Positions 1-8,016 of a DNA stretch of 59,958 bases are shown in pieces (positions within the stretch are counted from its first letter, which is position 1; each line of letters starts with the position of its first letter). Source of the DNA: Chloroflexota bacterium (GTDB lineage Bacteria > Chloroflexota > UBA11872); contig JAPPKM010000129.1 in the NCBI GenBank assembly GCA_028874315.1, positions 1 to 59,958 of the forward strand, given 5' to 3'. The position numbers and the translations under genes are program-made. A model generated the notes under the pieces. That model was not told where the DNA came from. It saw only the letters and a list, made by a program, of their open reading frames with translations, and searched no databases.

Positions 1-273
1 TGTTCGGGCTGGGCCTCCACCATTACTTGAACTTCGCGGGTGACGACCTTCTCAAGAACGGTCTCGACCGCCACCTCTTCCTTTACGATCTTCTCCACGA
101 CCCGCCCGACCGGGACTTCCTTCTCGACGATCCGTTCGATCGGCACTTCCCTCTCAACGATCTTCTCGACCGTCACAACCTGCGTTTCACCACAGGCGGC
201 CAGAGCGGCGAGCCCGGCTGCGCCGGTGACGCCCGCGCAGCATGCGCCTTCGCGAAATCGCTGACTTCATCAT
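1..273 (-). CDS. 5' part of a Tat/lipobox lipoprotein (probable extracellular solute-binding protein); runs off the window; apparent 1-nt frameshift at ~232-234
   Basis: GGAGG precedes ATGs at 273/270. Reads MMKSAISRRRMLRG, then after removing one G continues VTGAAGLAALAAC-GETQVVTVEKIVEREVPIERIVEKEVPV... open to base 1. Twin-Arg motif, lipobox LAAC and V/E/K/P-rich linker. Confidence 0.7.
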
Positions 274-609
274 CGGCCTCCCCGTCCTCCTCCGTAGAGG
301 CATGGCGATGTCCGGCCCCACCGCTCGCGCCTCACCAGGGGCCGCTCGAGAGGATCGAGTTGGGCGTCGCGCCGCCTCTAAAAACACGAATTTCCCTTTC
401 GCAGACTATTCGGGGGCAAACTTTCGAAACGCGAGCCGCAGCGTCCGGCATGTCAGCGGCCGGACGCACCGCATAGGCGGCGGTTAGGTAGCAAATACAC
501 TCGCCATCACGCACGCTCGGTTGAGTTCGGGGATTCGACGGCGCTGTGGCAGGCTCGGTTGCCACCAAACTGCCAGCGGACCGACGCTCCTTAACCTGTA
601 AACCGTGTG

Positions 610-685
610 TGGAGCCCACATCCGGATTTGAACCGGAGACCTCGTTCTTACCAAGAACGCGCTCTACCGACTGAGCTATGTGGGC
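610..685 (-). tRNA. tRNA-Thr (GGT)
   Basis: Reverse complement GCCCACATAGCTCAGTCGGTAGAGCGCGTTCTTGGTAAGAACGAGGTCTCCGGTTCAAATCCGGATGTGGGCTCCA: 76-nt cloverleaf, anticodon loop TTGGTAA, encoded CCA. Confidence 0.97.
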
Positions 686-785
686 CGGCTGCCGGCGTCT
701 CCTGGCGTTCCCGCGGCCGACACCCGCTGATCGTACCCTGTTCGCCGCGCCGTGGACTCTCCCAGCGTCTGCAGAACCTGCGGGT

Positions 786-1256
786 TTAGGCCCTCGCATC
801 CAGTAGGGCGACGATCTCGTCCACGTGGACGTTCGGGTCAACAGCGGGCCACACGTGCTCTATGTCTCCATCGGGGTCAATGAGGTAGGTCACCCGATCA
901 GCGCACATGACGGTACGGCCCCGAATCTCCTTCTTCACCCAGGCGCCATAGGCCTCAACAATCCCATGGTCGGTGTCCGCTAACAGCGGGAAGTTTAGGT
1001 CGTACTTGGCCGTGAACCGCTGGTGCGAGCCCACATCGTCATCGTTGATGCCATACACGCCCACGCCGCGGGCAGCCAGTTCGGCCAGATTGTCGCGGAA
1101 GCCGCATGCCTCAATCGTGCAGCCTGGCGTGTCGTCACGCGGATAGAAATAGAGCAAGACGCGCTGGCCGCGCTGATCTGAGAGCGTCACCTGAGATCCG
1201 TCGGTGGAGGTTAGGGTGAAATCGGGGGCCTTGTCTCCGGGAGCAAGCAGCGACAT
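786..1256 (-). CDS. bcp: Thioredoxin-dependent thiol peroxidase (BCP/PrxQ)
   Basis: 156 aa; APDFTL, LYFYPRDDTPGCTIEACGFRD (peroxidatic CxxxxC), LNFPLLAD. Confidence 0.93.
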   Translation of the reverse strand: MSLLAPGDKAPDFTLTSTDGSQVTLSDQRGQRVLLYFYPRDDTPGCTIEACGFRDNLAELAARGVGVYGINDDDVGSHQRFTAKYDLNFPLLADTDHGIVEAYGAWVKKEIRGRTVMCADRVTYLIDPDGDIEHVWPAVDPNVHVDEIVALLDARA

Positions 1257-1432
1257 GCGGGGAACCTGCGCGGTGGGTGGAAGGGAACTGCGTTCATTGT
1301 GCGCGAGGCTCCGGTGCGTTGCGAGCCGCGCCCGTGCTCAGCCTGCCAATCCGGCGGCCAACCGGACCATGGGATGACCACGTACGATCCCCGCACATGA
1401 CTGATATCGTCAGGCGGACACTTGCCCGAGAC

Positions 1433-2215
1433 ATGCCAATGTCTGACGCACCAAACGAAAGCCCTTTTGACCTTACAGGCCGCGCGGCGCTGGTGACGGG
1501 CGCAGGACGAGGCATCGGGCGTGCGATTGCGCTGGGTCTCGCGGCGGCCGGCGCAGACGTGGCCGTGGCTGCTCGGTCGGCCAATCAACTGGACGAGGTG
1601 TGCGACGAGGTGCGCGCGTCGGGCCGCCGGGCGCTTGCGCTGCCGGCCGACCTGTCCGACCTCAACGAACTGGCCGGCATCTTCGGTTCGGTCGAAGCCG
1701 AATTCGGCAAGCTGGACATCCTGTTCAACAACGCGGGCACCGGCTTTCGTAAGCCGCTGTTGGAAATCACACCGGCCGACTGGGACAGGGTGGCCGACCT
1801 CAACCTTCGAAGTTTGTTCTTCGCCTGCCAGCACGGTATCCGCCTGATGGAACCGCACGGCTACGGACGAATCATAAACACCGCCTCCCTCACCTCATTC
1901 CTGGGGTTTGCGCAGGTTTCGGTATACGGCGCTACCAAAGGCGGAGTCGCTCAGCTGACGAAAGCGCTGGCGGTCGAGTTTGCTCAGACCGGAATCACAG
2001 TCAACGCCATCGCCCCCGGATACGTCTTCACGGAACTCACGCGCCCTCGCTTCGAAGATCCGGTCACGCGGAACTGGCTCATGAGTCGGATTCCGCAAGG
2101 CCGTCACGGAGAGCCCGCCGACATGGCTGGGACTGCGGTCTTTCTGGCCTCTGCAGCTTCGGCCTACCTGACCGGCGTCGTAGTTCCAGTTGACGGGGGC
2201 TGGCTGGCAGCGTGA
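1433..2215 (+). CDS. Classical SDR oxidoreductase (gluconate 5-dehydrogenase/KduD-like)
   Basis: FDLTGRAALVTGAGRGIG, NNAG, YGATKGG, NAIAPGY, C-terminal VDGGWLA. Start uncertain (1397/1433/1439). Confidence 0.88.
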   Translation: MPMSDAPNESPFDLTGRAALVTGAGRGIGRAIALGLAAAGADVAVAARSANQLDEVCDEVRASGRRALALPADLSDLNELAGIFGSVEAEFGKLDILFNNAGTGFRKPLLEITPADWDRVADLNLRSLFFACQHGIRLMEPHGYGRIINTASLTSFLGFAQVSVYGATKGGVAQLTKALAVEFAQTGITVNAIAPGYVFTELTRPRFEDPVTRNWLMSRIPQGRHGEPADMAGTAVFLASAASAYLTGVVVPVDGGWLAA

Positions 2216-2488
2216 CCCGGAACGGTGGACTCGAAGTGAGGAGCCGCCCAATTGTCGTAGCGCCCATGACTAGCGCCTCACGACCTTGACCTTCATGGCC
2301 TCGAGTGGCGTCAAGTCTCACTTCCGGCCCCGACATTGCGAGCAGGGATCCGACAGCGTCCTCAATCTGACCGAACACGCGCGTGTCGAACCTGGACGCA
2401 TGGACTTGCGGTCGTGTCATCGTCTCGCGACGCAATGGTGCGCACTGGACCTAATTCGGCGCTTCGCTGGGTCGCCTAACTGAGTTGC

Positions 2489-4393
2489 TTACGAAGCGTC
2501 GAGCCATCGCTCGCGCCACATCTGAAACATGAGAATGGTCCAAATGCTCTTGGCGTTGTTGCGAACTCGGCGCGAGTGTTCGCCAAGCAGCATCGATACT
2601 TCCGAGGGGTTGAATATGCCTTCGCGACTCAACCTGGACTCGTTGAGGTACTCATCTGCAAGACCACGAAGTTCATCATTTAACCAGGCCGCGACCGGAA
2701 TGCTGAAGCCCCGCTTTCGACGATTGATAATACTGTCTGGAAGCAGGCCGCTTACGGCTTTCCGCAAAATGTACTTTCGCGTGAACCCGCGCAACTTGAG
2801 AGTTACGGGAACTCGCTCCAGGTGTGACAGGACGTCGAGATTGAGAAATGGTACGCGCGTTTCCAGCGAACTCGCCATGCTGGCTCGGTCGGTCTTGGCG
2901 AGAATGTCGCCTTCCAGATAGAGCTTGAAATCCTGATACAGGATTCGGTTCAGCGGATGTCTAGCACCGCTGGCAGCTGCCGTATCCTCTAACTTGGCTT
3001 CAAATCTGCCTTCATTGATCGCACACCTGACATCAGGCTGTAGAACCGCAGCCTTACTTTCGCCGAAGAGCGAACCCGTCCACATCTGATGCTGGCGCCA
3101 GGGTGGGGAATCCGCTCCCTGAATAAACCGACGGAGCAGGAAGTCAAACGCCAGGTAGCGTGGCGACGCCGGAAGACGCGCCGCGGCGCGCTCCACCACA
3201 GCGCGCCGGAAGGTCGCGGGTAGCGCTCGGTACAGCGGCGCCAGCCTATGGGCCTGCAAGGTGGAGTACCCCGCCAGCATTTCGTCGCCGCCATCCCCGC
3301 CGAGAGCTACTTTCACGTGCCGCCGAGCAAATCGACTGACCAGATACGTGGGGACGATTGAAGGATCGGCGAATGGCTCGTCGACAATCGCGGTAATCGT
3401 CGGCAACGCCTCCAGCAGATCGACTGGAGCAACTCGAAGCTCATGGTGCACCGTTCCCAGATGCGAGGCGACCTGCCGTGCAAACCTGCTCTCGTCAAAG
3501 GACCGTTCAGCGAATGACACTGAGAAGGACTGCACTGGCTCGTTGGCGGCTTCCGTCATGAAGGCTGCGACGGTGCTCGAATCGATACCGCCACTCAACA
3601 GCACGCCAACAGGAACGTCGCTGACCATTTCCCGCGCGACTGACCGTCGCAGCGCCTCGCCGAAGGCACGGACATGGTCAGCCTCGTCGCCTGGCATCGG
3701 ATTGCTCTCCGACAGCTCCAGGGACAAGTCCCAGTACGCACGATCTCGAATGCCACTCGTGGAAGCGGTCAGCAAATGCCCGGGCCTCAGCTTTCGCACG
3801 CCGCGCAAAATGCTGGCCGGGGCTGGAATGTACTCGAGCGACAGGTACTGGCCAAGAGCCTCATAGTCCAGCTCGCGCCGGACCAGGCCACTTCTCATTA
3901 CGGCCTTGAGTTCGGAACCAAAGACAAGCGCGCCGTTCGTGTGGGCAAAGTAGAGCGGCTTGATCCCAGCACGGTCTCGCGCTAGCAACAGTCGCTCTTG
4001 TCGTTCATCCCAGAGCGCAATCGCGAACATGCCGTTCAACCGGGTGACAAAGTCGTCGCCCCACTGCTCGTAGGCATGGACAATCGTTTCAGTATCGGAG
4101 CGTGTCCGGAATCGATGCCCGTAGCCAGCCAGGGATTCGCGCAGCTCGGCGAAGTTGTAAATCTCTCCGTTGAACACCACATGAACCGTGTCCGTCTCGT
4201 TCGACATCGGCTGATCGCCGCCCTGCAGATCGATAATGCTGAGGCGACGCATGGTCAGCCGCACCGGGCCGCGAACGAATGAACCGTGTCCGTCAGGGCC
4301 CCGGTGGATCAGCGATTCGCTCATCGCCTCGAGGGCAAGCCAATCGTCGGGCCTGCGCCCGTCAAGCCGGAGAATCCCTGCGATTCCACACAT
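2489..4393 (-). CDS. asnB: Asparagine synthase (glutamine-hydrolysing)-family amidotransferase
   Basis: 634 aa; N-terminal MCGIAG (Ntn Cys), HRGPD, RRLSIIDL, FNGEIYN, LLSGGIDSS, GDGGDE, DRASMASSLETRVPFL, KRGFSIP. Confidence 0.93.
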   Translation of the reverse strand: MCGIAGILRLDGRRPDDWLALEAMSESLIHRGPDGHGSFVRGPVRLTMRRLSIIDLQGGDQPMSNETDTVHVVFNGEIYNFAELRESLAGYGHRFRTRSDTETIVHAYEQWGDDFVTRLNGMFAIALWDERQERLLLARDRAGIKPLYFAHTNGALVFGSELKAVMRSGLVRRELDYEALGQYLSLEYIPAPASILRGVRKLRPGHLLTASTSGIRDRAYWDLSLELSESNPMPGDEADHVRAFGEALRRSVAREMVSDVPVGVLLSGGIDSSTVAAFMTEAANEPVQSFSVSFAERSFDESRFARQVASHLGTVHHELRVAPVDLLEALPTITAIVDEPFADPSIVPTYLVSRFARRHVKVALGGDGGDEMLAGYSTLQAHRLAPLYRALPATFRRAVVERAAARLPASPRYLAFDFLLRRFIQGADSPPWRQHQMWTGSLFGESKAAVLQPDVRCAINEGRFEAKLEDTAAASGARHPLNRILYQDFKLYLEGDILAKTDRASMASSLETRVPFLNLDVLSHLERVPVTLKLRGFTRKYILRKAVSGLLPDSIINRRKRGFSIPVAAWLNDELRGLADEYLNESRLSREGIFNPSEVSMLLGEHSRRVRNNAKSIWTILMFQMWRERWLDAS

Positions 4394-4826
4394 CTCAGGT
4401 CGTGGTTATGGCAAACGTCACTGAAGATAACGAACGTGGCATCAAAACGCAGTCACGGTATGCGGGCCACACTCTCGCTTTTCAAAGGACTTGGACACGA
4501 ACACGGTGCCGTCCGGCCATGGCTCGAACAGGTCGGCAAGACTCCTTACCGGATCGCAAACGTGGGCCGCGCCTAACATGTGGGGCGAATCAGAGGCTGC
4601 ACTTTGACACATGAGGCGGGCTTTGCAGACGGGGCCGAGCGGTACTGGTTCAGGAGAGCGTACCTGCCAGTTACAGCCTTTACCCCTTGGTGTCGTCGCA
4701 CGTCCCGCCTGCATGTACGACCCCACACTTGCCGGTTGATTTGATGCCTACGGTGCGGCGAATCGTGATGGGACTTCTACCCGAACACTCCGTTCTCGGG
4801 ATGACTCGCAATCCAGGGCTGACTGA

Positions 4827-7775
4827 ATGACTCTCGACCCGACTGTCGTCCCTGGTCTGCTCTTGCTGGCGCTCGAACTGCTGGCGCTCGCAGCAGTCGG
4901 CTACGGAGTCGCGCGAGTCGCCCTCCGCCAGGACGACCACTTGATGGCCCTGGCACAGGGGTTGGCGATAGGCATTGCGCTCTGGGGTCTCACCGCCAGT
5001 CTCGTTCTGCACGCCGTGCCTGGCCGAGCTGGTGCACTGCTGACTTGGGTGCTGCTGCTCGCACCTTCGTTGTGGCTCGGCTGGCGGCGACGCAGGGAGT
5101 TGCCGATCAACCGAACTGCGGCCGCCAGCTTCGCGGCGGCTTCGCTCTCTGTCTTTGCTGTCGCCCTTGCCGCTCGCCAGACGCTAATAGTCAGCGACGC
5201 GTTCATTCGGTTCGGGCTGGCTGCTCCCATCCAGGCCGGGGTATGGCCGCCAATCCTTCCGTGGAGTCCTTGGCAGCCAGTCCCTTACCACTACGGTACC
5301 GACATGCTCGTCGGTCTTTTGGCCCCACCAGCCGGGCCGGATCTGGCTTTTACCAAAGAACTTCTCGACGCCGCAGCCTGGACGAGTCTGGCCATGCTGG
5401 TTGGCGTCACCGTCCTCCAGCGCGGCGGCTGGACAAGCCTCTTTCTCCTAGTACCACTCTTGCTGTCCGCCGGGGTTTGGATACAACTCCAGGGCACGTC
5501 TCCAGCCCTCCTGCAACTGCCGATGCCAAGCGGCACGCCGGACGCCGGTATTCGAGCCTCGATTTCTGACGTGTATTGGCCGATGCGGGAGTGGCCATGG
5601 CCCTATCCGGAACCTCACGCCGCCCCGCCCAACATCTGGTTTCTTCGATTCACCCTCGGCTACGCGCTGGCACTCACGATATTGGAACGCATGACCCAAT
5701 CAACACAGGCGCTTCCCTGGCGGTCGGCTTTGACCCTGGCTGCGCTGGTGGGTTTTCTAGGTCTAGTGGAGGAAGCCCTCGCACTTACCATCCTGGGACT
5801 GTGGAGCCTAATCGAAATTACCCGACTCGTGCGAGCCCGGCCGGACCGTACACGGACCCTGGTCCACGCGGCCGCTGGTGTTGTTTCAGCGGGCTTGTTG
5901 CTGGCATTCGGCGGTGGCGTGTTGACGGGGCTGCTTACAGGACCGGCGGGAGGCAACGTAACTATTGGGTGGGCTGCCGACTCGGCCCGCCTCCGTCCGC
6001 TGGCACTCGCGGACTTTCGTCCAGGAGGGGTGGCGCTACTGGGACTTGGTCCGGCTATCTTGGCTGGCACCGCGATCCTCTTGGGAGTACGTCAGCGTCT
6101 CGTCATTGCGCTCGGGGCCGGCGCTGGCGTGCTTCTGTTCGCCGCTCTCACGCTAGGGTACGAATCGGCGCCCCGAAACGTCGCGCGCCTGGACGCCCAC
6201 GCAGGCAACTTCGCGCTCTTCGGGCTTCTAGTCGCGGCCGCCGTACGCCTGCGAACGGCAAAGCCACGTTGGCGCTACCCGATCTGTGCCCTGGTTGGCG
6301 CCGTCATCGTCTGGCCGACCGTCGCTCTCCCGGTTCGAACCCTGGCCTTTCAGGTGAGCCACGGATTCGAGCTGGCAAACGCCCAGCCCGATCCTCATGG
6401 ACGAGACATAGCGCTCTACTCCGCCGGGATTGGGCGTCAGACCGTCCAGCGCCTCACACCCAGCCAAGTCGTCAATTACATGCCCAGTCCGCCGCCACCG
6501 CTGCATACCCGACCCACCGGCGTGCTGGCACACGATCAGGTGGTTCGCTACATCCAAGAGCAGACGCCGGGGGACGCCCGGATTCTCTCTCCGCACCCAA
6601 GTGAGTTGACGCTAGCGACTGGCCGACCAAATGCCTCGGGTTTTGCAGGGTATTTGCACTATGTGGAACGAGCTGGTCCTGAGTACGAAGACGCTCGTCG
6701 CTTCCTAGAGCCGGCAGCTGTTGGGCGGCTGGGATTCACCTATGTCCATGCCACAAACGCCTGGATCGAGACGCTGCCCGCCCGAGCCAAGAGCTGGCTT
6801 AACGATCCCTCACTCTTCGAACCGCTGGTTCGCGAAGGCAGTCACGCCCTGTATCGTATCCAGCCAGCCTTCATGCGCTTAGACCCGATACCGGCGCCGC
6901 AGTCATACGAAGCCCTGCGGCAGGCCATTCCGAGATCTGCAACCGTGTATCTGACTGCCGGACTCCAGCGCCTCAACAAGCTACGTATGGCGTCGGTTTT
7001 GTCGCATACCAAACTGTCGGGAACCTTAGACACATCCAGGCTCCACCTGCTACCGGGCCTTCCGATCGAGCCACCCGGCACGTGGGACTCCGATGTGATC
7101 ATCGTCGCCAGGGATCTGGCGCTCGGCGTGGCCAACCACGGGTATCCGGCTGTCTGGTGGGACCCTGATTCAATCGCCTACGCAACCGCCCCATCCATCG
7201 CCCCTGCAGTCGTCCCGCCCCCTGCTGCGGCACCTGACTTCGCAGTTCGGCTTTCGGGCGTTCGGCCGGGTGTAAGTCACGTGACGTTTTGGGCGACCTT
7301 CACCGACAACGCCCCCACGCGCTGGACTGGCCAGGACTGGCTCGTGCTCGAGGTGGCGGACACGCCGTGGGCAACGCCGATCCAGTACGAGGATGACGGC
7401 TATACCCTTGTTGGCACGCAGTGGTATCCCGGCCAGGTTGGACCCAGCGGGCGCACGGAGACCCGCCGGTACAGGTTCGACGCGCTGGCCGGCACGATGA
7501 CCATACAAGATGCTGTCGACGATCAGGCTCGCGTCCATGAATCCGCCAACGGCCTGAAGCCGGGCGTCTGGGTACTGGCCGTGCGACTGCGAGAAGACTA
7601 CCTGCAGGCGGCGGTCATCCCCGCCTTGAAGGTCGTGGTATCTGAGTCCGGCCAGGTGACGTACACCGCCTACTCGGGCGAACGGGGTGCGGCCCTGAAC
7701 CCCTGTCCTGAGCGGATGCAGCACACGGACGCCTGCCGCAAGCTGTTGTCAAGCGTCGCGTCTGCGTCGTCCTAG
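4827..7775 (+). CDS. Paralog P1: large polytopic membrane protein, putative GT-C-fold/YYY(DUF2298)-like glycosyltransferase
   Basis: 982 aa; ~500 aa hydrophobic N-half; family motifs LAQGL, WPPxLPW..PYHYG, PPNIW, RLDxH.xN, ARILSP..TGRPNASGF, WTGQDWLV, C-terminal CPERMQHTDAC. The CDS is secure; the function is inferred. Confidence 0.85.
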   Translation: MTLDPTVVPGLLLLALELLALAAVGYGVARVALRQDDHLMALAQGLAIGIALWGLTASLVLHAVPGRAGALLTWVLLLAPSLWLGWRRRRELPINRTAAASFAAASLSVFAVALAARQTLIVSDAFIRFGLAAPIQAGVWPPILPWSPWQPVPYHYGTDMLVGLLAPPAGPDLAFTKELLDAAAWTSLAMLVGVTVLQRGGWTSLFLLVPLLLSAGVWIQLQGTSPALLQLPMPSGTPDAGIRASISDVYWPMREWPWPYPEPHAAPPNIWFLRFTLGYALALTILERMTQSTQALPWRSALTLAALVGFLGLVEEALALTILGLWSLIEITRLVRARPDRTRTLVHAAAGVVSAGLLLAFGGGVLTGLLTGPAGGNVTIGWAADSARLRPLALADFRPGGVALLGLGPAILAGTAILLGVRQRLVIALGAGAGVLLFAALTLGYESAPRNVARLDAHAGNFALFGLLVAAAVRLRTAKPRWRYPICALVGAVIVWPTVALPVRTLAFQVSHGFELANAQPDPHGRDIALYSAGIGRQTVQRLTPSQVVNYMPSPPPPLHTRPTGVLAHDQVVRYIQEQTPGDARILSPHPSELTLATGRPNASGFAGYLHYVERAGPEYEDARRFLEPAAVGRLGFTYVHATNAWIETLPARAKSWLNDPSLFEPLVREGSHALYRIQPAFMRLDPIPAPQSYEALRQAIPRSATVYLTAGLQRLNKLRMASVLSHTKLSGTLDTSRLHLLPGLPIEPPGTWDSDVIIVARDLALGVANHGYPAVWWDPDSIAYATAPSIAPAVVPPPAAAPDFAVRLSGVRPGVSHVTFWATFTDNAPTRWTGQDWLVLEVADTPWATPIQYEDDGYTLVGTQWYPGQVGPSGRTETRRYRFDALAGTMTIQDAVDDQARVHESANGLKPGVWVLAVRLREDYLQAAVIPALKVVVSESGQVTYTAYSGERGAALNPCPERMQHTDACRKLLSSVASASS

Positions 7776-8016
7776 GTCCGCGCACTCTAATCCGTTATCT
7801 CCAGCCGGCCGCGACCATAGGTTTCGTGCACGGTCGCGCACGCACCGATCCCGAGCCGAACCGCCGACGGTGCATCCTGACGGTAGCCACGGGCATGCAG
7901 CGAGAAGCCGTGAATCGCTAATGTGTCCGGACGTGCACCAGCGAACCCATGTCCTGACCACCAGGCATTCCTCGCCCCGCCTTGGAATCAGCTGCCCACG
8001 TGTCGAGGCTGGCTGA

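Noticed and set aside
27-487. Plus-strand ORFs with D/L/R-F periodicity at the window start
   Set aside because: They are antisense shadows of the V-E-K repeats of the minus-strand lipoprotein gene.
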